Below, piece after piece: positions 1 to 9,544 of a stretch of DNA of 64,000 nucleotides. Position numbers and translations under genes: made by a program. The DNA comes from an uncultured Candidatus Binatia bacterium. GTDB lineage: Bacteria > Desulfobacterota > Binatia > UBA9968 > JAJDTQ01. The notes below the pieces were generated by a model that searched no databases, had not been told where the DNA came from, and saw nothing but the letters and a program-made list of their open reading frames with translations. The first letter of the stretch is position 1. Each line of letters starts with the position of its first letter. The stretch is from the NCBI GenBank assembly GCA_965242525.1, contig OZ251459.1, forward strand, positions 3,008,001 to 3,072,000, given 5' to 3'.

Positions 1-390
1 GATGAGGTCGAGGGCCTTTCTCTGTATGGGGGTGGGTACGGTGAGCAACTCGAAGGTGTCATTGGAGCCGTGCATCCGTACCGTGTTCTGTGTGAGGGTG
101 GCAAGGTGATCGAGCAAGCCCCGGAAGTGATGCACCGGGAACTCGTGGTCAGTGGTGCGCCGGGTGCTGGTCTTGTGTTGGGCGCTCCGGGAGCATTCCG
201 GGGGCTGTACGGGTGAGGGGCGTAGCGTTGCGGAGGCGTGGGGGTCGTCGTCGGCGAACAACAGGGGAGCAAGCCAACGGCGCATGTGCCACTCCACGTG
301 ATAAGCGAGCATGCACAGGAAGACATGGGCGCGCACGCGGTGGCCGAGTCGGTGGTAGATGGGACGCACGTGCAAGTCCAAAGTTGTTCC
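1..390 (-). pseudogene. IS1634-family transposase, C-terminal fragment (5'-truncated, runs off the window edge)
   Basis: Manual minus-strand translation gives LDLHVRPIYHRLGHRVRAHVFLCMLAYHVEWHMRRWLAPLLFADDD...PVHHFRGLLDHLATLTQNTV...TPIQRKALDLI, typical of the IS1634 transposase C-terminus; similarity ends near 390. Confidence 0.8.
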
Positions 391-463
391 AGGGTTGTTC
401 CCAGTGCTCTTGACAAAAGGATGCCTTCGGACTATACTTCCGACGGAACAACACAGGAACAAC
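383..463 (+). promoter_or_regulatory. Sigma70-type promoter flanked by inverted tandem 8-mer boxes
   Basis: TTGACA (410-415), 17 bp spacer, TATACT (433-438); GTTGTTCC at 383-390 and 394-401; its reverse complement GGAACAAC at 445-452 and 456-463. Confidence 0.8.
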
Positions 464-478
464 CGGGGGGGGTCTTTT

Positions 479-2764
479 ATGGCAACACAACGATACACGG
501 CCAGCCTGAGCCAGTCTCAGGGACGGTCGGGATACTCGATTATCTTCCGACATCCGGTAAGGAGGGACGAGACGGGGAAACCGGGAATCAGGGTCCGACG
601 AGGTTTGGGGACCCGCGACAAGGCGGAAGCCGAGCGACTCCGAGACGAGTTGAACCGGCTTCTCGCAGATCCGAAATACCACGACCCAGCGGCCCGAGCC
701 GAGGCCGAGAGGCGGTTCGACCTCTGGGTCGTTGACATCTTCTTCGACAAGATGGTCCCGGAGAGGGTCAACTACTCCGACCTACGCGAAAAGGCTATTC
801 ATCTCCCCCCCAGTGGCGAACCCGATGGCTACCGACACGTACTGTTCCTCGGCACGACCGGTGCGGGAAAGACGACCCTCGTTCGGCAACTCATCGGGAC
901 AGACCCCAAGACGGAGCGCTTCCCGGCAACCTCCACGTCCAGGACCACCATCCACGACACGGAAATCATCATGGACGACGGTCCTTGGCGCGCTGTTGTA
1001 ACCTTCGTTTCGAGTGACGAAACTCGCGAATACCTGAAAGAGTGTATCTCTAGCGCCATTCTCGAAGCTTACCGAGACCGGGATGCTGATGACACGAGTG
1101 TGCTCCGGCGTCTTCTAAACCACGTCGATCAGCGCTTCCGTTTCAACTACGTCCTAGGTAACGGCCCAAGGACCGAGCCTGATATTTCTGACTTCGATGA
1201 GGAAAGTGAGTCCGAGGACGACGTCGAGTCGTTCCTGAACGATGAACCTGAGGCAATCGACCTCGCTGCCACCAATAAGTTGCTTGCGCACACCGTGGAG
1301 CAATTGCGGGAGTTGGCGACGCGACACGGAGACCGGTTACGCGAGGAACTGGATGCGGAAAACCAAGACGATGAACGCACTATCAATGAGCTGTTCGAAG
1401 AGGAGTTGGACAATCTGTTGAGGGAAGATGAGGACTTCCACAGAATTACCGATAACTTGATGGATGAGATCGAGAAACGCTTCGAACTGCTCAGTACGGA
1501 GAACGTGAACAGGAACCAGCAAGACTGGCCTCAGACATGGACAAGAGAATGGCCAGCGGAACAACGCGCCGAGTGCCTGAAGGAGATCGGCAGGTTTTCG
1601 AGCAACCATGCGTCCAGGTACGGCTATCTCCTGACCCCGCTCGTGACCGGAGTGCGTGTCGCCGGCCCTTTCTCTCCCACGTGGACAGACGGGCAAGCCA
1701 AGCTCGTGCTCTTGGATGGGGAAGGGCTGGGACACACCCCCAAGTCGTCCTCCTCGGTATCAACGGCGGTGAGTCGGGGCATCAAGGCTGCCGACGCGGT
1801 AGTCCTCGTAGACAACGCGACACAACCGATGCAAGCTGCCCCGATGGCCGCCATGCGTGAAGTCGTTGCAACCGGTAATGGATCCAAGTTGATCTTGGCT
1901 TTCACGCACTTCGATGAAGTGACGGGAGACAACCTTCCCGGCGTCCGTGACAAGGAGCAACACGTGCTGGACTCGGCAAAGAGTGTCTTGGCTGCTTTCG
2001 GTAAGGATCTTGGTCCATCTGCTGAGCGTGTTCTTCGGAAGCGAATCGAAGGAGCCCGCTTCTTCCTCGCCAACATCCACGAGCCGCTATCGGACAATGC
2101 CAAGGCTGGCCGACGTACCATGGATCAACTCCGAAGACTTCTCGGGGTCATTGACCAAGTCATCGAGAGGCCGCAACCTGTCGAAGGACGCCCGGTTTAC
2201 GACCGTACGAGACTGGTACTTGCTGTGCATGCGGCGGCCAAAGCCTTTCAGGAGGAGTGGCGAACTCGGCTCGGCCTTGAATACACCCCAGGCTTCGAGA
2301 AGGAACATTGGGCACGCATCAAAGCTCTAAGTCGTCGTATGGCTACAATGGGAGAAGACGAATACAGATGGCTACGTCCAGTTGCTGACCTCAGGCGGGA
2401 ACTGACGAACAGACTCTATCCGTTTATCCAGAATCCATTAAGATGGCATGGCCCTGATCCCTCGGAAGAGGAAAAACAGAACAAGTATGACGATCTGGCA
2501 AACAACTTGAGCGAGAGACTTCTCGATCTGGCGACACGTCGCGTGTGGAAGATGCGGGTCAATGAGTGGCAGGACGCCTACGATCAGTCCGGCCGAGGCT
2601 CGACCTTCGATCGTGCGCGCATCATCGACAGCGACATCTATGAACCAGCCTCACTGATTCCGGATCCGGACGTCACGCCTTCGCCAGATCGCAATGAGTT
2701 CATGCGGGAGGTAGTGGCCGAAGTGGAAGCTGCTACTAGGGAAATTGGCGCAGAGCTTCGATAA
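479..2764 (+). CDS. Large P-loop GTPase (dynamin-like) with basic N-terminal domain, about 761 aa
   Basis: G1 GTTGAGKTT, G2-like TTIHDTE, G3 LLDGEGLG, G4-like FTHFD, helical C-terminus. ATG 479 chosen because it lies downstream of the promoter. Confidence 0.75.
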   Translation: MATQRYTASLSQSQGRSGYSIIFRHPVRRDETGKPGIRVRRGLGTRDKAEAERLRDELNRLLADPKYHDPAARAEAERRFDLWVVDIFFDKMVPERVNYSDLREKAIHLPPSGEPDGYRHVLFLGTTGAGKTTLVRQLIGTDPKTERFPATSTSRTTIHDTEIIMDDGPWRAVVTFVSSDETREYLKECISSAILEAYRDRDADDTSVLRRLLNHVDQRFRFNYVLGNGPRTEPDISDFDEESESEDDVESFLNDEPEAIDLAATNKLLAHTVEQLRELATRHGDRLREELDAENQDDERTINELFEEELDNLLREDEDFHRITDNLMDEIEKRFELLSTENVNRNQQDWPQTWTREWPAEQRAECLKEIGRFSSNHASRYGYLLTPLVTGVRVAGPFSPTWTDGQAKLVLLDGEGLGHTPKSSSSVSTAVSRGIKAADAVVLVDNATQPMQAAPMAAMREVVATGNGSKLILAFTHFDEVTGDNLPGVRDKEQHVLDSAKSVLAAFGKDLGPSAERVLRKRIEGARFFLANIHEPLSDNAKAGRRTMDQLRRLLGVIDQVIERPQPVEGRPVYDRTRLVLAVHAAAKAFQEEWRTRLGLEYTPGFEKEHWARIKALSRRMATMGEDEYRWLRPVADLRRELTNRLYPFIQNPLRWHGPDPSEEEKQNKYDDLANNLSERLLDLATRRVWKMRVNEWQDAYDQSGRGSTFDRARIIDSDIYEPASLIPDPDVTPSPDRNEFMREVVAEVEAATREIGAELR

Positions 2765-2883
2765 TTTTCGACACTTGCTTCCCATGGAGCGGTGGAGTTC
2801 AAACCTTGCTGCCTTTTGTGCGTTCAGGGGTAGTGTAGGAGCAGAGTGTTAGAGACATCATAATGTGTTGCAGTTAGTGATAG

Positions 2884-4000
2884 TAGTAACCTGTAACGCT
2901 GACTCAGTTAGTTTTGATACGGTGTGAGACATCGGTGTAGCGCCACTTGATGGGTTTCGCGGTGCGATTGGAAAGTCGGATGTAGCGCATGATCTTTCGT
3001 TTCAAGTCGGTCAAGGAAGTAAAGACGCCGCGGGCAATGACATCGCGTTGGATTCGGGAGAACCAGAGTTCCACCTGGTTGAGCCAGGAGGAGTAGGTCG
3101 GCGTGAAGTGCAGGTAGAGACGAGAGTGGCGAGCCAGGAACTCCTGCACCTGTTTGCTCTTGTGGGCAGCGAAGTTGTCCAGGATGATATGAATGGGACG
3201 TTGGGGTGGTTGTCGTGCCACGATGTCCGAGAGAAACGCAATGAACTCCTGCGCGTCATGTCTGGATGCGGTCTTGCCCAGGACCTCGCCGGTCCGAGTA
3301 TTCAGGGCGGCGTACAAGGAGAGGGTTCCGTGCCGGCGATACTCGAAACCGTGGCGTTCGGCCCGCCCAGGCGACAACGGCAATACCGGGTCCTTGCGGT
3401 CCAGGGCCTGGATCGCCGTCTTCTCGTCCACACAGAAGACCGCAGCATGCTGTGGCGGATTGACATACAAGCCAATGACATCCGCCGCCTTCTTCTCGAA
3501 GTCCGGGTCGCTGGAAGCCATGTACCGTTTCATGCGGTGGGGTCGCAGACCCGCGCGTTTCCACACCCGCGCCACCATCATGTGGTTGATACCCAGATGC
3601 TGCGCCAGCCTGCGAGTGCTCCAATGAGTCGAACCATCCGGCGGCGCTTTCCGGGTCCACTCCAGAATCCGCGCCTCCAGGGCCGGCGTACGTTTCTCTA
3701 CTGCCCGTCCCCGATGCCGGCCATGCAATCCCCCCAGTCCCCCTTCCACGAAACGCTTCTTCCAACGACTGATGAACCCTGCATCACATCCCACCTGCTC
3801 CTGAATCCTGGCGTAGGTCTCCCCCTCTCCCAGCATCAGAATGACTTGTGCCCGGCGAACATCATCCCACCTCAATCTCTGGGATCGCGCTCGCCGTTGC
3901 AGCTCCCTTCTCTCCCCACTGCTCAACTCGATAGCTATGGTAGTTCTCATTCATACATGCTATCATAGACAACTAATGCTGTCAATGTTACAGTGTAGTA
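2884..4000 (-). mobile_element. IS630-family insertion sequence
   Basis: Imperfect ~30 bp terminal inverted repeats (left TAGTAACCTGTAACGCTGACTCAGTTAGTT; reverse complement of right end TACTACACTGTAACATTGACAGCATTAGTT), TA at both ends, enclosing a transposase. Confidence 0.85.
2904..3950 (-). CDS. IS630-family transposase
   Basis: HTH region THWSTRRLA; DDE motifs VDEKTAIQAL, IILDNFAAHK, PTYSSWLNQVE. Confidence 0.95.
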   Translation of the reverse strand: MRTTIAIELSSGERRELQRRARSQRLRWDDVRRAQVILMLGEGETYARIQEQVGCDAGFISRWKKRFVEGGLGGLHGRHRGRAVEKRTPALEARILEWTRKAPPDGSTHWSTRRLAQHLGINHMMVARVWKRAGLRPHRMKRYMASSDPDFEKKAADVIGLYVNPPQHAAVFCVDEKTAIQALDRKDPVLPLSPGRAERHGFEYRRHGTLSLYAALNTRTGEVLGKTASRHDAQEFIAFLSDIVARQPPQRPIHIILDNFAAHKSKQVQEFLARHSRLYLHFTPTYSSWLNQVELWFSRIQRDVIARGVFTSLTDLKRKIMRYIRLSNRTAKPIKWRYTDVSHRIKTN

Positions 4001-4030
4001 GTAGGATTATAGCTTAAAGGAGGAATGCAA

Positions 4031-4886
4031 ATGGCGTTGCGGATTTTGCATACAGCAGTGGCGCAGGTGCCTTCACAGTGGGACGATACCTGTGGTGTAT
4101 TCAGGACGAGTGACACCGGCGCAGTGCCGCAGGTGAGTTTACCGCTGGACGACACCGGGTTCACACAAGACGCTCAAGAACTCGATGTTGCCCAACGTAG
4201 CTAAGATGAAGGGTGGGTTACTTGCCGGGATTCACAGCATGAGCAGGACCGGAACAGCAAAGACGAACGGCAAGGCGACCCTGGCTTTTGACGCCACGGA
4301 TGTTGATGAGGCTATCCTTCCTGTCGGTTGGATCATCAACGATGCCGGGACTTACCGATACTCCAATCTACCGGGAATCGCTTCTCGCAAGGTAGTGGTG
4401 CTTCCTCTTGCTCCAGACACCTTGATTGAGACCGACATGATGAAGGAAGGCGTGGGCACCGGAGCGGTTACGGCCGTCAGCGACGGACAGTTGACTGCGG
4501 ACTTGTCCATTACCGCCGACAAGCTGCTCAAGGTCGTGCTTTCCGGTGGCGGAGGGAGTGGAGCGGTGATTATGGCCAAGGTGGAGACCAGCGACAAGGA
4601 CAGGGTGGTGTTCACTGTGGTCAATGGAGGCGTCGGCTACACCACATCACCTACGATCGACCTTTACGACGATGACACCAAACTGGCGTACACGAACGCA
4701 CGCGAACCCAAGGCCACGGGGCTTTTCCCTGGCGTAAGCGTGTACTTGGGCGCGACTGGAGACGCAGGGAAACCTACCATCAGTCAATTGAACGGTGGTA
4801 AGGTCGGTGTGATCGGGTACTTGGTTGGGGATGATAAGCTATGGGGCACGATTCCGCCCGGATTCGCCCGGATTCGGATGCTCTAG
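4031..4886 (+). pseudogene. Phage virion-structural-like protein (head decoration / fibre-repeat), frameshifted near 4170
   Basis: Strong RBS AAGGAGG before ATG 4031 (MALRILHT...DDTGFTQ); that frame stops after 57 codons and the +1 frame continues as the 4185-4886 ORF with PVGWIINDAG...NLPGIAS and a GGGGSGA...VVNGGVGYTTSPTI repeat typical of phage fibre/baseplate proteins. Confidence 0.5.
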
Positions 4887-4889
4887 CTG

Positions 4890-5318
4890 GCCTGCCTTGG
4901 CGGGACTTCCCGGCCTGACCGCAGCCACGGTCCAGAGTCGCTTTGCCGCAGACGCGCCTCTAGTCAAGTCCGGTCTCGTGTCCTTCGACAGCGATGACGA
5001 GGGATGGTGCTCGAACGGCCGAACCCGTTGGTTTTCGTACCCGGCCCCGCGGACGGCAACGTGAGAGACCTTCTCTTCAAGGCCGCGCCGCCCGGTGACT
5101 TCGACTGGTCGGACTTCGACCACGTGGGAAGACTGCTGCAAGGGACATTGGGAACCGGCGCCACCGGCGTGAACGTCTTCGTGTACGGCTCTCCGGGCGT
5201 CGGCAAGACCAAGTTCTGCAAAACCCTGGGGCCTCCCTGGAAGGCGCGGATGAGCTTGCGAAGATGCTGCGCAGGAGCCGCTGCCAAGCCGGACGGACAG
5301 CGGAAGGTGGGCTTCTGA
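4890..5318 (+). pseudogene. AAA+ ATPase fragment
   Basis: DWSDFDHV...GVNVFVYGSPGVGKTKFCKTLG (Walker A) with no Walker B; upstream part in another frame (APLVKSGLV). Confidence 0.6.
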
Positions 5319-5396
5319 CGCCGCGGCTCGGCGATGGCGCCATCCACGTCAAATTGCAATATCCCGCAAGAGTGGATAGCAAGAAACGAGGCGGGC

Positions 5397-7439
5397 ATGA
5401 GCGGCAACCCACAAATACTGCGGATCCAGGAACGCTTGGAGAACGACCTTGCTCTCGGTGAGAGCCACTTCCGGGAGTTCAAGAGCGCCCACGAAGGACC
5501 CGTCCATCGGAAGCGGCGGCGAAAGGTGAGCCAGGTCGCCAGGGACGTGGGGGAAACCCTGGTGGCGTTTGCCAATGCCGATGGGGGGACGCTGATCGTC
5601 GGGGTAGAGGACGATGGCGCGATTTCGGGAGTTCCCTACGCTGACGACGGGATCGAGGTGCTCCGAAACGCGCCTGCGACCCATGTTCACGAGGACACGC
5701 CTCTGGCCGGTGTCAGACATCACCTGGTTCAGACGGGAGAACGGACGGTGCTGGTGTTCGAGGTCCAGAAGGGGACTCAATACATCCATCTCACCAGCGA
5801 TGGGCGCTGTTTCCAACGCAGGGACACGCGCACTGTACCGGTAGCTTCGGAGCAGATCCGGTTCGAACGCCACGAGCAGGTGTCGAGGGAGTACGATCGC
5901 CAGTGGATCGATGGCGCCGCCGTAGCCGACCTTCGCCTCGACCTTCTGGAATCCGTCAAGGAAACGGTCTCGCCGGGCATGTCTGTGGAGAAGTGCCTGC
6001 AGACCCTCGGACTGGCCGAGTTCGTTGCCGGGAGGTTGCGCCTGAGAAAGGCTGCCCTGTTGCTGTTCGCGCAGGACATCGGACGGTGGCATCCAAGGTC
6101 GGAGGTCCGCATCCAGCAGGTTGCAGGCCCGGAATTGCGGACGGGCGCCGATTACAACGTCATCAAGGATGAAACGTATCCGGGGAACGTGCTCGAACTG
6201 CTGAGTGAGGGATGGGAACAGTTCAGGCAGTTCCTCGTCCAGCGGCGCTTGGCGGGCGGGACCTTCCAGCTTCGAACCTCCTATCCCGAAGACGCCTGCC
6301 GTGAAGCGTTCGTCAACGCCATCGCCCACCGGGACTACAGCATCGAAGGGCGCTCCATCGAAATCCTGGTGTTCAGCGACCGGCTGGAGATACGGAATCC
6401 CGGCAGACTGCTCTCGACGATCGACCTCTCGGAACTGAAACGAGGAGCCGGGGTTCACGATTCACGAAACACCTATGTTGCCCGCGTCCTGAGGGAACTC
6501 GGTTACATGCAGGAAATGGGCGAGGGCATCCGCAGGATCAGCGACCTGATGAACGGCCACGAGCTCGCCCCTCCGGACATCGGCTCCGGCGACCATAGCT
6601 TCCTGATGACCTTCTCCCACAGGAATATCTTCAATCCCGTGGAACAGAGATGGTTGGAAGCATTCGAGGGTTTCAACCTCGGCCGTGAGGAGAAACTGGT
6701 GGTCTTGATGGGGCGGGGAGGAAAACTGATTGCTCCGGCGCAGGTATCAGAGGCGCTGGACCCCGTCGATACCGAAGAATACAGACAGATCATAGAGCGG
6801 CTCCAGACCAAGGGGTTGCTGTCCGCGCCGGTGTCACGAAACGCCGCGAGCGCCACTGCCCGCCGGAAGGGGATCTCGGCCCGACAGGTGCCGAGGTTTG
6901 CCATACGGACACCGGACGTCTCCCAGAGAGACCATCGGGAAGTCGTCGAGGTCCTCGTTTCGCTCGGTCCCCTGAACCAGGTAACGGGCTCGAACCTCGA
7001 ACGGATACGCGACCGGCTGAGCGGCCGGAACATCTACCGCGGCACGGCAACGATCCGGCGGCTCCTGCGGTGGCTGGAACTGATCGACGACGACAGCATA
7101 CCGACCCAACGGCTGCGGGACTTCTGGTCGGACGACAGGGACGCTCCGTCCGGTCGGAAGCCCGACACCGCGGAAACACAGCCGTCCCTTGCCCCGGTCA
7201 AGGACATTTACGTTGGCAACCTCGACTACGGAGTCACGGAGGAAGAGCTCACGGGGATGTTCGAACGAGTCGGCAAGGTGACGAGCGTGACCATACCGAA
7301 GGACTACCTGACCGGCCACAACCGGGGTTACGCGTTCGTGCGAATGGCCGACTCGGCAGCGAGCCTCCAAGCCATTGCGGAGATCAACGGACGGTCCCTG
7401 GGGAATCGGGCGCTGAAGCTCGGCTGGTCTTACCGATAG
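5397..7439 (+). CDS. Schlafen/AlbA_2 + HATPase_c_4 protein with C-terminal RRM domain
   Basis: GESHFREFKS and LVAFANADGGTLIVGVEDDG (AlbA_2); REAFVNAIAHRDY, EIRNPG, SRN, MGEGI (HATPase_c_4); RNP2 IYVGNL and RNP1 RGYAFVRM (RRM). Confidence 0.85.
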   Translation: MSGNPQILRIQERLENDLALGESHFREFKSAHEGPVHRKRRRKVSQVARDVGETLVAFANADGGTLIVGVEDDGAISGVPYADDGIEVLRNAPATHVHEDTPLAGVRHHLVQTGERTVLVFEVQKGTQYIHLTSDGRCFQRRDTRTVPVASEQIRFERHEQVSREYDRQWIDGAAVADLRLDLLESVKETVSPGMSVEKCLQTLGLAEFVAGRLRLRKAALLLFAQDIGRWHPRSEVRIQQVAGPELRTGADYNVIKDETYPGNVLELLSEGWEQFRQFLVQRRLAGGTFQLRTSYPEDACREAFVNAIAHRDYSIEGRSIEILVFSDRLEIRNPGRLLSTIDLSELKRGAGVHDSRNTYVARVLRELGYMQEMGEGIRRISDLMNGHELAPPDIGSGDHSFLMTFSHRNIFNPVEQRWLEAFEGFNLGREEKLVVLMGRGGKLIAPAQVSEALDPVDTEEYRQIIERLQTKGLLSAPVSRNAASATARRKGISARQVPRFAIRTPDVSQRDHREVVEVLVSLGPLNQVTGSNLERIRDRLSGRNIYRGTATIRRLLRWLELIDDDSIPTQRLRDFWSDDRDAPSGRKPDTAETQPSLAPVKDIYVGNLDYGVTEEELTGMFERVGKVTSVTIPKDYLTGHNRGYAFVRMADSAASLQAIAEINGRSLGNRALKLGWSYR

Positions 7440-7475
7440 GCGGACGACCCGGGTCCGCAGTGGCGAGCAGGGAGG

Positions 7476-7590
7476 GCGCGTCCTTCGACTTCGCTTCGCT
7501 ACGCTCAGGATGAATGGGGGACTTCGCTTCGCTACGCTCGGGACGAACGGAGGACTCCGCTTCGCTACGCTCGGGACGAACGGGGATAGG
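7476..7590 (+). repeat. REP-like cluster, three tandem ACTTCGCTTCGCTACGCTC(A/G)GGA(C/T)GAA units
   Basis: Direct inspection; same core as the dispersed 110-bp element. Confidence 0.85.
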
Positions 7591-7693
7591 AGGGTCAGGG
7601 CGAGGGAATCCATCCTGGATGTCTCGATTGGTCAGAGGTTCCAATAATCTCATCCGTGGCTCGACTGTTCAGAGTTTTCGCAAGGAGGGATTC

Positions 7694-8686
7694 ATGTCAC
7701 GCGTCGTCCGTGCGGTCACGTTGGTTCTCATCGCGTGTGTCGTTCCGGGGGTCGGACACGGCGCCAAGGCCGAGGCGTCCGCACGGGAGGAAATCCGGAC
7801 CGCGGCGGCCGCGGCCCAACGATTCCTGAAGACCCTCGACGAGGGCCAAACCGGAAAGGCGGTCCTGCCGCCGGGGAGTCCGCTCATCACCAACTGGACG
7901 AACCTGCCGTGGTTCGACCGCAACGGCGTGCGCGTCGGCGACTTGAACGCCGGGCAGCGAGCGGCGCTGTCCGACTTTCTCTCCAAGGCGTTGAGCCCCG
8001 CGGGCCACAGGTTGGTCCGGGGGGTGGTCGAGGCCGAGAGGGTCCTGGCCGGTTCCTGGGGAGCGTCCTGGTGGGGCTTGAGCCCCGACAACTACTACCT
8101 GGCCTTCTTCGGCGCGCCCGCGTCAGACCGGGACTGGAACTGGCAGTTCGGCGGACACCACCTTGCCGTCAACGTTGCAGTGAGAGACGGCGTCATGAGC
8201 ATGTCCCCCTCGTTCATCGGCATCGAACCGGCGACCTTCCAGGTGGACGGAACTAGGTGGACGCCCCTCGCCGACCACGTGGCCCGCGGCGCGGCCCTCG
8301 TGAAGGCGTTGCCCGACCGCCAGCGGCAAGCCGCCGCGGTGGGCAACCGCCCCCGGGAACTGTACGCGGGGGCCGGCCGGGACGGCGACATCCCGCCTTT
8401 GGAAGGGAGCCTTGTCGGCGACTGGCCCGCGGCCCGGCAACGGCAACTCATGGACCTGATCGGCCTGTGGGTACGGGTCATGCCCCAGGCCGCGGCGGAG
8501 CGGAGGCTGGCGGAGATCGAAAGGGAACGGTCCCGACTCCGCTTCGCCTGGAACGGTCCGACGGACGGGTCCGGTCCCATCTACTACCGGATACAGGGGC
8601 CGACGCTGGTCATCGAGTTCTCCATCCTGTCCGAAGGCCATTACCACTCCATCTACCGGAACCCCGCCAACGAATACGGCGGCTGA
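7694..8686 (+). CDS. DUF3500-family secreted protein
   Basis: RBS AAGGAGG, N-terminal signal peptide, WNWQFGGHHLAVN, YYRIQGPTLVIEF, HYHSIYRNPANEYG. Confidence 0.85.
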   Translation: MSRVVRAVTLVLIACVVPGVGHGAKAEASAREEIRTAAAAAQRFLKTLDEGQTGKAVLPPGSPLITNWTNLPWFDRNGVRVGDLNAGQRAALSDFLSKALSPAGHRLVRGVVEAERVLAGSWGASWWGLSPDNYYLAFFGAPASDRDWNWQFGGHHLAVNVAVRDGVMSMSPSFIGIEPATFQVDGTRWTPLADHVARGAALVKALPDRQRQAAAVGNRPRELYAGAGRDGDIPPLEGSLVGDWPAARQRQLMDLIGLWVRVMPQAAAERRLAEIERERSRLRFAWNGPTDGSGPIYYRIQGPTLVIEFSILSEGHYHSIYRNPANEYGG

Positions 8687-8734
8687 GGGCGGCGCCGGAG
8701 CGCCCGCTGGCGGTCCCGGCCAGGACCTTCAGGT

Positions 8735-8854
8735 GGAAACCCTGAACGATTATCCCCGTTCGTCCTGAGCGTAGCGAAGCGAAGTCGAAGGACGCGCTTT
8801 TCCACAGAGAGAGGGAGGGAGTCCAAGCCGGAATCGGAATCGATTGGACATTCC
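8735..8854 (-). repeat. Copy of ~110-bp REP-carrying MITE-like element
   Basis: GGAAACCCTGAAC end plus CCCCGTTCGTCCTGAGCGTAGCGAAGCGAAGTCGAAGGACGCGC core. Confidence 0.75.
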
Positions 8855-8931
8855 TCGTCCCAACCGTTGTGACGGGAGCGCCGGGCAGGAGAGACCTAGT
8901 TTCAGGAAAGAGCGTAGGCGGGAGGTCTGCT

Positions 8932-9324
8932 TCATGCTGCCCCGGCGCTGTCGAAGGGCGCCAGGTTTCGTCCCGGGGCGCGCGGCTCTATCTCCCGCTC
9001 GATCTCGATACGCAAGGTGCGCTCCGCAACATCGAGGTCGTAGCGGATCTGAAGATGGATCCAGAACTCCGGCGTGGTGCCGAAGTAGCGACCAAGACGC
9101 AACGCGGTATCGGTCGTCACGCCGCGGCGACCGAGCACGAGGTCGTTCAGCCGCGGCCTCGAAACCTTGATCTCCCGAGCAAGCCGGTACACGCTGAGCG
9201 CCAGCGGTTTCAAGTACTCATCGCGGAGGACTTGGCCGGGATGCACCGGCGGCAGCCGTCTCCCGGAGGTCACGTCCGAGAAATCGACTGCCCGCCGGTC
9301 CACGTCTTCACGCTTGATGGTCAT
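8932..9324 (-). CDS. higA: HigA-family antitoxin (XRE HTH)
   Basis: LPPVHPGQVLRDEYLKPL...VTTDTALRLGRYFGTTPEFWIHLQ. Confidence 0.9.
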   Translation of the reverse strand: MTIKREDVDRRAVDFSDVTSGRRLPPVHPGQVLRDEYLKPLALSVYRLAREIKVSRPRLNDLVLGRRGVTTDTALRLGRYFGTTPEFWIHLQIRYDLDVAERTLRIEIEREIEPRAPGRNLAPFDSAGAA

Positions 9325-9354
9325 GGTGGCCTTGTCCACAAAGCTCCGGATCAT
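9325..9354 (-). pseudogene. higB: Remnant (first 10 codons) of higB toxin
   Basis: MIRSFVDKAT matches the HigB N-terminal pattern MI(K/R)SFxDKxT and abuts the higA ATG in frame. Confidence 0.6.
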
Positions 9355-9544
9355 TCACTAACGTAACGAGAAACGGAACGCGAGCTCAAACCCCACCGGC
9401 CTGTGGGTACGGGTCATGCCGCAGGCCGCGGCGGAGCGGCGGCTGAGGGGGGTGCCGGAGCGCCCGCCCGCGCAATCCGACCAAAATACGATATATCGTC
9501 GAATAGTCTTGACTAAAATACGATGCCGTAGATAATGGTCGGGC

